A DNA stretch of 38,157 nucleotides from a virus (taxonomy: Duplodnaviria > Caudoviricetes): positions 1 through 38,157 of IMG/VR virus record IMGVR_UViG_3300043775_002644, one strand, 5' to 3'. Both the position numbers and the translations under genes were made by a program. The first letter of the stretch is position 1. Each line of letters starts with the position of its first letter. Under the pieces are notes generated by a model. The model did no database searches. It had not been told where the DNA came from and saw only the letters and a program-made list of their open reading frames with translations. This document shows, piece by piece, positions 7,953 through 16,913 of the stretch.

Positions 7953-10900
7953 TTAAATATTATTTGCTAATTTCCATCCATATGTTGCACCTGAATATAC
8001 AAGTGTAATTCCAGCATCTTCTATAGATAACACTAAATTTTCTGTTAATCCCATTATTTTATTACCATTTCTTGCAACAGTACAATTGTTTGTATCAAAA
8101 GTACCCGCTAAATCTATTAAACTTACCTGGTCTCCTGCCTGTGGTGAAGCTGGTAAAGTAATTGTTACAGCAGCACTTGAAGTGTTTACAAAGTATCTGT
8201 CGTTAGCAGCAATTGTAATACTTGATGATGTTGATTGCCAAGGGTTACCACCTCCCAATCCAGTCCATTGTGTACCATTATAACCTTCCCAAGTTACTAA
8301 CGAAGAATTATATCTAATACCTCCAGTAAATAATTCTGCGCCTGTTGGTCTTTCAGCTGTTGTTCCTGTAGGCGGCACTAAATGTCCAGTGCCCATATTA
8401 TCTCTTTGTGTATAACCTACTACAGCATTTTCTGTAGGAACGGCCGTATTAGAATCTCCTAACATTTCTTGGTCTGTAGAAAACTCGTTAATTGTGGCAC
8501 CTAACTGAGCACCAATAGTTCCTAATTGTAATTCTGTTAATCCTGAAAGGTCAAAAGCGTCAGCATTTAAAGTTGCAATACCAGTTGCCTGTTGAATACG
8601 GAATAAATCTCCAACTCTAAAATCTCCACCTTGGTCTGTAGAAGTCCAATAAACTCGGCCTCCGTCACTAAACTCAACTTCGTCTGCTTGGTCGGCCGGT
8701 TGAGAAGGAGTACCTGGATAATTTGTTGTGACAAAATCTCCTGTACCTATATCTAAAAAATCGTGTCCTGTAAATCTTAATGCAGAATATTTACGTGAAA
8801 ATACAACTGCTGTATTATCTGGATAAGCGTCTAGTGTTGAAACTTCTGATACTAAACGAACTTGAACTGTTTGTGTAGGAGCATCTTCATTTGTAACACC
8901 GTTTACAATAAAGTAATTAGGATTATTTCCTATTTTTACGTTATCTCCTATTTTAATTGCGCCTGAAGGAGTTAAAGTGCCATCAGTTGATTCTACTTCT
9001 ACGAAAAATCCTGCTTGTTTTGCACCGTTGCCTGAAATACCTGCAGCTGTGTTTGGTATCTGTACTGTAAATGTGCCGCTTGTTGTTGTAACTGTAATCG
9101 TTTCACCTTGTGTAAAGGCTCCTGTAGCAGGATCTAAATGTAATCTTTCTCCTGTTAAATTTATTCTAAAAATTGTACCTGTAGCACCTGAAGTATTACC
9201 AACTATAGTTTGACCTATTACAAAAGAAGCTGGCGTATTTCCACCTGAAAAAGTAGTTGCATTATATTTAATTGTTCTACCTCTTGATCTTGTTCTTACA
9301 GGAGTTTCAAAAATTGGTGCTAACGTATTTTGTGATAGTTCTCCTTCAGCAACTAGAGCTTCTTCTCCGTAAGCAGAAGAACAATTTAATCCTCGTATAA
9401 ATCCACCGCCTGTTGCATAAAAAGATTTATCACAATAATAAGTGAACACGGAAACCATTTCACCTCGGCCTCCGTTTAATGCCCAAACTCCTATACCGTC
9501 TGAGTTAATTTGTGTAAAGTCATTTGCTAGAATTGATTTATTACTTGTTGCTGATGTGTGTAAAAATCCGTCTATTTTAATACCACAAGCGTTATTTGAT
9601 ACTACTGTACAATCTTGTATATAAGGTGATTGAGATGCAATGTTTCCTTCTGGGTCTAAAGATGTAATAACAGCACCTAAACCAGTATGTGTTGCAATAC
9701 CTGTAAATCCTCTAAACGTAAACCATCTTATATTGTTTGTGTCATTACATAAGAAACAATAAGCAGCATTATTGTTTTCTAAAGCCGTAACCGTTAAAAC
9801 TAAATCTGAACCACCACCTAATGAAAATCCTAGAATTGTGATAGTGTCGGACACTGCATAATTATAACCGCCGTGTACAACTGTAATTGTAGGAACGGAT
9901 GAACCATCTTTTACAACTGTGATACAAGCTCCTTGTCCACTACCTGATGTTGATGATTGGTGTTTATAAAGGTAAGTACCTGGTGTTCCACCAATTCCAC
10001 CTGATGTTCTTGTCACTGTAGCAATTGTAGATGAACTGCCTGTAGCAGGTCTTAATTCTGTTGTTCTTAAACTTTCTCCTTTTAGAGTAACACCGGCAGG
10101 AATTACTAAAGGCATTTGTTCTCTATAAACTCCTCCAGCAACATTTATAATATCTCCTACTGAAACCGACTCAACAGTAAATGTCATATTAGTAGCAGGT
10201 GTGCCACCTAATTGAGCATTAGAAATAGTTAAAGTATCACCAGCAGTATAATTTTTACCGCCGTTTGTAATTGTTAAAGTTGCGGTTACTGTTGAACTGT
10301 CAACAACAATTCGTCCTGCAAATCCTGTACCAGTTCCTCCTGTAGCGGTTACTGAATAAGTTCCTGAAATACCACCTGTACCGCCTGTTATGCCTGTAAT
10401 TGTAACTACGTCACCTTTTGACGCTTGTGATAAAGCGTACTCAATTGTTTTAAATGGTAATAAAGAAGTTCCTGGATTTGTGTCATCTCCGTTATTTGCA
10501 ACGAATAAACTTCCTCTACTTCCTGCGTTAGACCAAACTGGTTCTAAACCATTTGAAGTTAAAACTGAACCGACAACACCAATTGGTAATCTTGCAGGAG
10601 CGGAAGCATTTCTATATGAAATATCTCCACGTGTTGTAACAACTGCATTACTATCACCTGCGGCAATTAATTGCCACTTTGTTACATCTGTTCCTGGCGT
10701 TACGTTTAAAATAGTATGAGCGATTGCGACATAAGAACTGGAATTATATTCAACAGTATCGCCTTTAAAATAAGTTGTAATTGCACTGTATGTTCCTTTC
10801 CAAGTAAATCCTTCTACTACTTTTGTCCAAAAAGACGTGTTTATAGGTGTAACATTAGTAGAACCATCATTAAAGGTATCTACTATGCAAACGTATGCAT

Positions 10901-11651
10901 ATCCACCAAATTTAACAGTATCTCCTGTTTTATATGTGTATTGATTACCTGAAATCCAATCTCCTTGAGCTTTAAATCCTGGAACAATTAAATCCCAATC
11001 AAGAGATGAAGCAACAGGTGCAGCTGAACCAGAAGGAATTTCTAAAGAAGCAACGTAAGCATATCCACCATAAGTTACTATATCGCCTTTTTGATAAGCA
11101 GTTGCTGAACTCCAAGAATCTTCAAATTGTAAACCTTCTGTGTAAGCACTAAAATTACTTTCATTAAAAGATGAAGCACCTGCTGATGAAGTATGAGCAG
11201 TAGTACAAATATATAAACTGCCACCGTATTTAACTACATCATTTACTTTGTAATAAGTGCTTGTAGTATATGTGCCTTTATAATCTGTGGCATCAATATA
11301 TAATTCAAAATTAGCTGCGTTTAATATTGCTACACCACCTACAGTCGCAGCTGATGTGTGTTGAGTTGTACAACGGTATTGTCTAGCACCATATTTTACT
11401 ACGTCATTTAATTTGTAATGTGTAGAGGCAGCATATGTGCCTTTAAAGAAAAGAGATTCAGCTTGTAGTGACCATTTAGCAGCCGTTAAATCTGTATAAA
11501 ATCCTGGACTTGTAGATTGAGAAGTATGGTTAACAATACAGACGTAAGTATTACCACCGTATTTTACTACGTCATCAATAAGAAAACCTGTAGAGGTTGA
11601 CCAGTCACCTCTCCATTTAAATTTAATCCTACCTAGTTTAAAATCTGCCAT
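7953..11651 (-). CDS. Large multidomain tail fibre/spike protein
   Basis: Six N-terminal W/Y-rich repeats; beta-helix start LFVANNGDDTNPG..PFKTIEYAL ... INVAGGVYRE..IPAGVTLKGESLR; GTTAERP..GIRYN..EGYNGTQW motif; C-terminal gp9/gp10-like domain (YFVNTSSAAVTITLPASPQAGDQVSLIDLAGTFDTNNCTVARNG). Confidence 0.88.
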   Translation of the reverse strand: MADFKLGRIKFKWRGDWSTSTGFLIDDVVKYGGNTYVCIVNHTSQSTSPGFYTDLTAAKWSLQAESLFFKGTYAASTHYKLNDVVKYGARQYRCTTQHTSAATVGGVAILNAANFELYIDATDYKGTYTTSTYYKVNDVVKYGGSLYICTTAHTSSAGASSFNESNFSAYTEGLQFEDSWSSATAYQKGDIVTYGGYAYVASLEIPSGSAAPVASSLDWDLIVPGFKAQGDWISGNQYTYKTGDTVKFGGYAYVCIVDTFNDGSTNVTPINTSFWTKVVEGFTWKGTYSAITTYFKGDTVEYNSSSYVAIAHTILNVTPGTDVTKWQLIAAGDSNAVVTTRGDISYRNASAPARLPIGVVGSVLTSNGLEPVWSNAGSRGSLFVANNGDDTNPGTSLLPFKTIEYALSQASKGDVVTITGITGGTGGISGTYSVTATGGTGTGFAGRIVVDSSTVTATLTITNGGKNYTAGDTLTISNAQLGGTPATNMTFTVESVSVGDIINVAGGVYREQMPLVIPAGVTLKGESLRTTELRPATGSSSTIATVTRTSGGIGGTPGTYLYKHQSSTSGSGQGACITVVKDGSSVPTITVVHGGYNYAVSDTITILGFSLGGGSDLVLTVTALENNNAAYCFLCNDTNNIRWFTFRGFTGIATHTGLGAVITSLDPEGNIASQSPYIQDCTVVSNNACGIKIDGFLHTSATSNKSILANDFTQINSDGIGVWALNGGRGEMVSVFTYYCDKSFYATGGGFIRGLNCSSAYGEEALVAEGELSQNTLAPIFETPVRTRSRGRTIKYNATTFSGGNTPASFVIGQTIVGNTSGATGTIFRINLTGERLHLDPATGAFTQGETITVTTTSGTFTVQIPNTAAGISGNGAKQAGFFVEVESTDGTLTPSGAIKIGDNVKIGNNPNYFIVNGVTNEDAPTQTVQVRLVSEVSTLDAYPDNTAVVFSRKYSALRFTGHDFLDIGTGDFVTTNYPGTPSQPADQADEVEFSDGGRVYWTSTDQGGDFRVGDLFRIQQATGIATLNADAFDLSGLTELQLGTIGAQLGATINEFSTDQEMLGDSNTAVPTENAVVGYTQRDNMGTGHLVPPTGTTAERPTGAELFTGGIRYNSSLVTWEGYNGTQWTGLGGGNPWQSTSSSITIAANDRYFVNTSSAAVTITLPASPQAGDQVSLIDLAGTFDTNNCTVARNGNKIMGLTENLVLSIEDAGITLVYSGATYGWKLANNI
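10660..11618 (-). repeat. Six tandem ~50-aa repeats resembling carbohydrate-binding modules (CBM5/12-like)
   Basis: Consensus [WY]kGt[WY]...t.Y..[ND]D.V.YGG..Y.C...HTS, e.g. FKGTYAASTHYKLNDVVKYGARQYRCTTQHTS and YKGTYTTSTYYKVNDVVKYGGSLYICTTAHTS. Boundaries approximate. Confidence 0.8.
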
Positions 11652-11674
11652 TGATGAACCTTATTTTATTCTAC

Positions 11675-11682
11675 TATTTATA
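11675..11682 (-). promoter_or_regulatory. T4-type late promoter TATAAATA
   Basis: Exact motif in the intergenic gap, 23 nt upstream of the ATG at 11651. Confidence 0.8.
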
Positions 11683-11694
11683 ATCATTTTAACT

Positions 11695-12315
11695 TTAGCT
11701 TCTCCAACTTGTTGAATTTACTGCTTGTGTACTCTCAAAAGTACTAAAATCATCACTTGCTATACTTGTTAGAGATTTTACAAAATTCTCTCTTTTTACA
11801 AAATAACCATCACTGTCTATAAAATACGTGGCTTCACCATCTTCAAAGACATATTGGTAATAAAAATCTGATGGATTTGCTTGTGTTGTTTTATCTATTT
11901 TACCAATGGCAATCTGAGCACCACTTTTAGGTGCAACTTTAAAAGAAACAACAGGCGTAGCATAAGAATAAGTAGCATCTAATTGTTGAAGTCCACCATC
12001 AATGAATACCGCTAATCTTGAACCATCTAATACAGGATTTGATAGAGTAACTGTTGTTGTTGCACCATCACCTGTATAAATTTCTGTTGCGCCAGCTTGA
12101 AGTTTAATTGTATCTACTACATAATTTTCATCTGTTGGTAATTGTCTTCCACCATTTTTATCTGTAGGATTACCAGCTTCAAAATCTATTGAAACATTTT
12201 CATCTTTATTAATTTTTGTGTAGTATAATAATCCTTCACTTGTACGTCTTAAAGCGTGAAACGTTTCCGTTGTTTGTGATGAAGTTTCTGGTACTACGTA
12301 TCCTAATTTAGCCAT
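11695..12315 (-). CDS. Virion structural protein of the fibre cluster
   Basis: Contains a YTGDGATTTVTL..LAVFIDGGLQ..Y..VSFKVAP beta-sandwich module typical of phage fibre proteins; TAATG-coupled to the upstream gene. Confidence 0.7.
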   Translation of the reverse strand: MAKLGYVVPETSSQTTETFHALRRTSEGLLYYTKINKDENVSIDFEAGNPTDKNGGRQLPTDENYVVDTIKLQAGATEIYTGDGATTTVTLSNPVLDGSRLAVFIDGGLQQLDATYSYATPVVSFKVAPKSGAQIAIGKIDKTTQANPSDFYYQYVFEDGEATYFIDSDGYFVKRENFVKSLTSIASDDFSTFESTQAVNSTSWRS

Positions 12316-12662
12316 TAAGTAATCTCCAATATACTAGCATATGCTTCAACATCAGGTGAAGATGAATCATCATTGACAGCTGCTACCAATCTAATTTTAT
12401 CGTTAGCTTCTAAATTTATTGGTTTGTCCATTACTAAAGTATTTTCTACAGGAATTTGTAGAGATTTTCCTATATGATAAAAAGTTGTACCACCATCTGT
12501 AGTAACTTTTACATCTACGTTGGCCACGTTTGTAGAACTCTTATTTGAGATGTATAATGCGTGAATAACGGCCGTTGTAGCAGATGGACAAGTGTATAAA
12601 TTAGCACTTGCATTATCAGAAGTGATAACTGTCATACCTGCATTTTTAAATGTACTTGCCAT
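12315..12662 (-). CDS. Small virion structural or adaptor protein
   Basis: MASTFKNAG..LYTCPSATTAVIHALYISN..KPINLEANDKIR..ASILEIT, a pattern familiar from fibre clusters of aquatic phages. Confidence 0.75.
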   Translation of the reverse strand: MASTFKNAGMTVITSDNASANLYTCPSATTAVIHALYISNKSSTNVANVDVKVTTDGGTTFYHIGKSLQIPVENTLVMDKPINLEANDKIRLVAAVNDDSSSPDVEAYASILEIT

Positions 12663-12670
12663 TTTTTAAT

Positions 12671-13051
12671 TTATCCTCCGAAAACAATTGATAAGGCTAA
12701 TGCATCATCAACCATTGCCACTGTTCCGTTTTGATTTGGCAAAGTTATTGTTCTATCGCCTGTAGGTTCAACCACTGTTAAAATTGTTTCAAAAGCGTTT
12801 TCAATACTACCTTCAAAAACTAAATTTGATCCGTTTAATACAATATCGTTTGTTGTTGTGTTACCACTGTTTGTAGCTCCTTGAAGTGTAACTGAACCTG
12901 CACCACCAACTTCTTTTACTACACCAGCTGTAGTTTTAGTATAAAATTTACCGTCAGTTATATTTATTGCTATTTCGCCGGCTTCTAATTGACCTGATGT
13001 AGGTATTGCGGCTGCTACTTCTGAGCGTTTTGGTTTAAATACAGTTGGCAT
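12671..13051 (-). CDS. Short fibre adaptor (Mtd-N-like N-terminus)
   Basis: KPKRSEVAAAIPTSGQLEAGEIAINITDGKFY; FEGSIENAFET..PTGDRTITLPN module; hydrophobic C-terminus ALALSIVFGG. Confidence 0.75.
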   Translation of the reverse strand: MPTVFKPKRSEVAAAIPTSGQLEAGEIAINITDGKFYTKTTAGVVKEVGGAGSVTLQGATNSGNTTTNDIVLNGSNLVFEGSIENAFETILTVVEPTGDRTITLPNQNGTVAMVDDALALSIVFGG

Positions 13052-13057
13052 AATAAA

Positions 13058-13198
13058 TTATTTTTTAAATATATCTTTTAATCTATCAATATAATTGTAA
13101 TTTCTTCTATCTTCTTTTTTGCCTAAACTGTAACCAATCAAAAATGATCCGGCCATAACTGTAAGTATTGCGATTATGTGCCAAGCTAAAAATGCCAT
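13058..13198 (-). CDS. 46-aa single-pass membrane protein
   Basis: Not in the ORF track. MAFLAWHIIAILTVMAGSFLIGYSLGKKEDRRNYNYIDRLKDIFKK*; its ATG overlaps the upstream stop (TAATG) and it fills the gap between two fibre genes. Confidence 0.75.
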   Translation of the reverse strand: MAFLAWHIIAILTVMAGSFLIGYSLGKKEDRRNYNYIDRLKDIFKK

Positions 13199-14892
13199 TA
13201 ATATGTTCCTCCGTCTATTGTTGTTATTGCTACTGAACCACTTGTAACTAAAAAGTTTGCAGTAGGGAAAAAGGCAACACCTGCGTTTGCTGAAGTTGCT
13301 AATTCTCCTGATATTGTTATTCTATTTTGTGATACTGTTGTGTTAATTCCTTCGCCTGCTAAAAATTCTAAAGTATCTTCTAAGAAAACTTGTCCTAATG
13401 TAGAAGATTCATCCGCTAATCTTATAAATGGATTTGCAAGTTTGCTTCTTGTAATAGAACCTGCTAACATAGCATTTGTAATACCTAAAGCTTTTACATT
13501 TAAAGCATCAGTAGTAATTTCTATTGAACTATTATCTACAGCTACGTCTAATTGATTGCCTGATTTTGTTAAAGCAGCACCTGCTGTAATTTGTCCTGCA
13601 CCAGAAAATTGAGAAACAGGTAAATTTGTTGTGCCTATTGTTGGTGCACCGTTGTGTGTAAATACATAACCGTTATCACCATTTGCTGTACCTTGTTCTA
13701 CGAATACAAATACTCCGCCAGATAAATCGCTTGAAGTATCGGCATCAATGGCTCTTGTGAAAACTGTAGATGATGTTCTTGTATAGATACCATTTTCAAA
13801 AGCATTTGTTTGGTCTTTAACTAAAATTCTATCACCATTAACAAGTGTGTATCCATCTAAAGTTGTAACAGCAGAACCAAAAGTTAATGTAGCGCCTACG
13901 CCTGCGGTGCCGTTTGAATACGTTGCTGATAAATTTGTAGTTGTAGCTGCTTCAACAGAATTTTTAACATCTAAACCTTGTGATACTGAATCTACGTATG
14001 CTTTGTTTGCTAAAGAGTTATCTGTAAATCCTGCTCTGTCTTTATATCCTGAAGGAACTGTAACTGTTCCTGTTGAGTGAGGAGATAATTCAATATTTTT
14101 ATTTGAAGCCGTTGTTGAGATTGTTTGGCCATTAATTGTAATGTCATCTACTACTAAAGATGTAATACCTGCAATATCAGTTGTTGTTGAACCTAAAGTT
14201 AATGTTGAACTTCCTAATGTGATTGTAGAATTTGCTAATTTTACGTTTGTAACACCAGCATCTGTTAACTGTGTTGTGCCAATTGAACTATTAGCAATTG
14301 AAAAAGATACTTTATTATTTGAAACGGCAGTTACAACTTGTGAATTACCTTCAAAGTCTAAAGTTTCTCCTGTAACAAAATTGTCTGAGCCTGTATCGCC
14401 GACAATTGTAAAATCTGTAGTAACAGTTGCAAAAGATAAAACACCAGAACCGTCTGTCTTTAAAAACTGGCCAATTGTTCCATCATCTGGTGGTAAAGTT
14501 AATGTGTAACTTGCAGCTAAAGTATTCGGAGCTTTAATTATAATATTATCAGTACCGTTATTAGTACCTTCATTTAATTTAATTCCGCCGCCAACTGTTG
14601 TACTATTTCCTACAATAATTTCATCTACTGCTTTATTTGCATCAACGATAATAGCTGAACTAGCAGTTAAAACTCCTGGTTGATGATCTAAAGCTGCTGT
14701 AAAATACTTACCGCCAATTACAACCTGTGATGAGGCATCTCCGTTACCGTCAACTGGCCCAACACCAATAAAGAGTTTGTCTCCTAATGTGTTATAAGCA
14801 CCTGTAGCGTATGAATATGAAAGCTCTCCGATTTTGGCTGTAGCGGGCGTACCTAGGCCACTGGACGTTTTAATTTTAATTATAGTTGCCAT
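13198..14892 (-). CDS. Tail fibre protein
   Basis: N-terminal IKIKTSS..PATAKIGELSYS; ANKAYVDSVSQGLDVKNSV..DGYTLVNGDRILVKDQT..ENGIY fibre domain; Thr/Gly/Ser-rich; C-terminal IDGGTY. Confidence 0.85.
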   Translation of the reverse strand: MATIIKIKTSSGLGTPATAKIGELSYSYATGAYNTLGDKLFIGVGPVDGNGDASSQVVIGGKYFTAALDHQPGVLTASSAIIVDANKAVDEIIVGNSTTVGGGIKLNEGTNNGTDNIIIKAPNTLAASYTLTLPPDDGTIGQFLKTDGSGVLSFATVTTDFTIVGDTGSDNFVTGETLDFEGNSQVVTAVSNNKVSFSIANSSIGTTQLTDAGVTNVKLANSTITLGSSTLTLGSTTTDIAGITSLVVDDITINGQTISTTASNKNIELSPHSTGTVTVPSGYKDRAGFTDNSLANKAYVDSVSQGLDVKNSVEAATTTNLSATYSNGTAGVGATLTFGSAVTTLDGYTLVNGDRILVKDQTNAFENGIYTRTSSTVFTRAIDADTSSDLSGGVFVFVEQGTANGDNGYVFTHNGAPTIGTTNLPVSQFSGAGQITAGAALTKSGNQLDVAVDNSSIEITTDALNVKALGITNAMLAGSITRSKLANPFIRLADESSTLGQVFLEDTLEFLAGEGINTTVSQNRITISGELATSANAGVAFFPTANFLVTSGSVAITTIDGGTY

Positions 14893-14895
14893 TTA

Positions 14896-15150
14896 TTAAT
14901 ATTCTCCACCGTTAAGTGTTAAATTTCCTGTAGTTGTAATGATGTTTGTTCTTGTAACAAACTTTTGATCGCTTGATCTATATTGTAATAAAGAGCCGTC
15001 AATTAATCCTTCAGTTGTCGTATCTACATCGCCTAATAATTTTAATTGTAATGAGCTGTTTTGTAATGTGGCACCAGATGGTATCGTTACAGATACTTTT
15101 TGGGGTCCAGCAGATGTAGGTGAACTGATCCTAGCAGTTATGTTAGCCAT
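14896..15150 (-). CDS. Small virion structural protein
   Basis: LKLLGDVD..DGSLLQYRSSDQKF fibre-type motif and C-terminal LNGGEY. Confidence 0.75.
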   Translation of the reverse strand: MANITARISSPTSAGPQKVSVTIPSGATLQNSSLQLKLLGDVDTTTEGLIDGSLLQYRSSDQKFVTRTNIITTTGNLTLNGGEY

Positions 15151-15171
15151 TCAAATCTCTCTTTTTACTTA

Positions 15172-15179
15172 TATTTATA
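15172..15179 (-). promoter_or_regulatory. T4-type late promoter TATAAATA
   Basis: Exact motif 21 nt upstream of the ATG at 15150, with an AGAGAG SD-like sequence in between. Confidence 0.8.
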
Positions 15180-15207
15180 TTAATTTTAATCTATAATAAA
15201 GAATAAT

Positions 15208-15546
15208 TTAAACACTTACTTCAGGTCTAACGGTAATAATTCCTTCTAAAACTCTTGTAACTGAACCAGTACTAGAGGTAATTTCAACGTCATAGACGTA
15301 TCTTTCTGCGTCCAGAGCGGTTGTTTGATTGGCCGTTAAAGAAATAGTCAAAACACCAGTTGTTCTATCTGTAGCAAATGCAGTGGACATTGTCGTTCTT
15401 GTTCTTGTAGATGAATAACCTTTGGCCAGTTTTGCAACGGCCGTATAGCCAGTCAAATCAAATACGTTTCCGTTTATGTCTTTTACGGTTATATCTGATG
15501 TAAATGTTGCGCCTTGGTCTATTGATAGGTTTGCTACAGCTGCCAT
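15208..15546 (-). CDS. Virion structural protein (BppU-N/LtfC-like beta-sandwich, probable fibre anchor)
   Basis: NLSIDQGATF..FDLTGYTA..GVLTISLTANQT..RYVYDVEI..TRVLEGIITVRPEV, a pattern familiar from T4-like cyanophages. Confidence 0.8.
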   Translation of the reverse strand: MAAVANLSIDQGATFTSDITVKDINGNVFDLTGYTAVAKLAKGYSSTRTRTTMSTAFATDRTTGVLTISLTANQTTALDAERYVYDVEITSSTGSVTRVLEGIITVRPEVSV

Positions 15547-15756
15547 TTATTTTGTTTCTTTAGTTTCCTTAACCTCTATACCTAATTCTTCTATAATTCT
15601 ATTGTTATAGTATTCAGTTAAAACGTCTATTTTCTCAATTTCAATAAGCAATCTTGTCTTATTGTTTTGTATTTCTTGTCTTGCTATGATGTAGTTTTTC
15701 AATTTATCACTGAACTTACTTTCATCATATTCTTTACCATTAATTGTAATCGCCAT
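15547..15756 (-). CDS. Small coiled-coil protein (DUF6447-like)
   Basis: ITINGKEYD..S followed by a coiled coil. Start moved to ATG 15756 because AGGAG (15762-15766) sits 5 nt upstream. Confidence 0.7.
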   Translation of the reverse strand: MAITINGKEYDESKFSDKLKNYIIARQEIQNNKTRLLIEIEKIDVLTEYYNNRIIEELGIEVKETKETK

Positions 15757-15776
15757 ATTCACTCCTTTAATAGTAT

Positions 15777-15795
15777 TATTTATACGATATAAATA
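15777..15795. promoter_or_regulatory. Back-to-back pair of late promoters (TATTTATA-cga-TATAAATA)
   Basis: Minus-strand TATAAATA at 15777-15784 and plus-strand TATAAATA at 15788-15795, exactly at a divergent gene junction. Confidence 0.85.
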
Positions 15796-15823
15796 GTTAT
15801 ATATTATTTAAAAATTGATAATT

Positions 15824-16291
15824 ATGCAACCTTTATTACATTTAAAGTACGAACTTAAAAAAGATTTGATTTTAAAAGAATCAGAAGAAGCTAAAAAATT
15901 ATCTATATTTCACACAGACGGTCGTTATCCAAATAAAGTTTTTACAGATTGGAAGGTTAGCATATATTCAGGCAATTATATAGAACAAATTATGAAAGAT
16001 TTTGAAATTGTAGGCACACCTAGATTTTATTGGCTTAAGCCTAATGCCTATATAAACACACATACAGATAATACTACAAAATGTTCTTTAAATTTTTTAT
16101 TAAGTGAAAATAACACGGCTATAATAATAAACAGTAAAAATTATTTCTATAAAAATGCTTTACTAGATACTACTCAACCGCATAGTGTTATAAATGGCAA
16201 TAGTGAAAGATTGTTATTTAAAATATCTATTGATAATGAAAGTTTTGAACAAGTAGCTAATAGAATTATTGAAAAAAAATACAATGAATAA
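15824..16291 (+). CDS. Fe(II)/2OG-type double-stranded beta-helix oxygenase (AspH-like)
   Basis: PRFYWLKPNAYINTHTD (HxD), CSLNFLL, ALLDTTQPHSVING..RLLFKISI. ATG at 15824 preferred over the TTG at 15815. Confidence 0.8.
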   Translation: MQPLLHLKYELKKDLILKESEEAKKLSIFHTDGRYPNKVFTDWKVSIYSGNYIEQIMKDFEIVGTPRFYWLKPNAYINTHTDNTTKCSLNFLLSENNTAIIINSKNYFYKNALLDTTQPHSVINGNSERLLFKISIDNESFEQVANRIIEKKYNE

Positions 16292-16913
16292 TATTGAAGT
16301 ATTGTCTATAAACAGTTTAAACTGGAAAGATTATAAAAAAAATTTAGAAGAAATGTGTAAACTTTCCGAAAAAGATAATAGTGTAGCATCTAAAAATGTT
16401 AATTGGAAAGATTGGCAAAATAATAAATCATCACTAATGTATAGTATTGTTAATAAAAAAAGATTTGATAAAGGTAAATTTTTTGTATTATTAAAAGATA
16501 AAACACCAATAGCGGCTAGTGGTTGTTATATAAGTCCTTGGTCAGATGATATTATGATATTAGGTTCTCGTACTTGGACAAATCTTAATGACAGAAAAAA
16601 ATGGTGGCAAGGCGATTACTTATTACCAAAACAATTTGAAGAAGCTAAAAAATTAAATGTTAAAGCAGTTGTTTTTACCTTTAACCTATATAACGAATGG
16701 TTAATTAAATTTTTAAAAAGAGTGAAAGACAAAAAAGCAGTAACATTAGGTAATAAAAATTCTAACTTTTATAATGATTTAATTTTTTTAGATAACGTAT
16801 ATAATATCAATAACACGAAACAAAAAATAGCAGTTAAGTTAATAAGTTGTTCTTTGAAAGAATTTAAAGAAAAATATTTACCAAAGGAATATAATGATAC
16901 CAGTATGGGCTAG
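16269..16913 (+). CDS. GNAT-fold acyltransferase
   Basis: FFVLLKDKTPIAASG..RTWTNLNDRKK..G..LL..FEEAKKLNVKAVVFTFN..N, matching the GNAT motif A/B layout. The true start may be the ATG at 16284. Confidence 0.65.
   Translation: MKKNTMNNIEVLSINSLNWKDYKKNLEEMCKLSEKDNSVASKNVNWKDWQNNKSSLMYSIVNKKRFDKGKFFVLLKDKTPIAASGCYISPWSDDIMILGSRTWTNLNDRKKWWQGDYLLPKQFEEAKKLNVKAVVFTFNLYNEWLIKFLKRVKDKKAVTLGNKNSNFYNDLIFLDNVYNINNTKQKIAVKLISCSLKEFKEKYLPKEYNDTSMG

Noticed and set aside
10660-11618. Repeats as a CRISPR array or DGR template/variable pair
   Set aside because: They are degenerate protein-level repeats within one ORF; there are no identical nucleotide repeats with spacers, no adenine-specific mismatch pattern and no reverse transcriptase in the window.
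8086-14509. Several plus-strand ORFs of 60-122 aa inside fibre genes (likewise 29862..37994)
   Set aside because: Antisense frames kept open by the codon bias of Thr/Gly/Ala-rich structural genes; no promoters or SD sequences.
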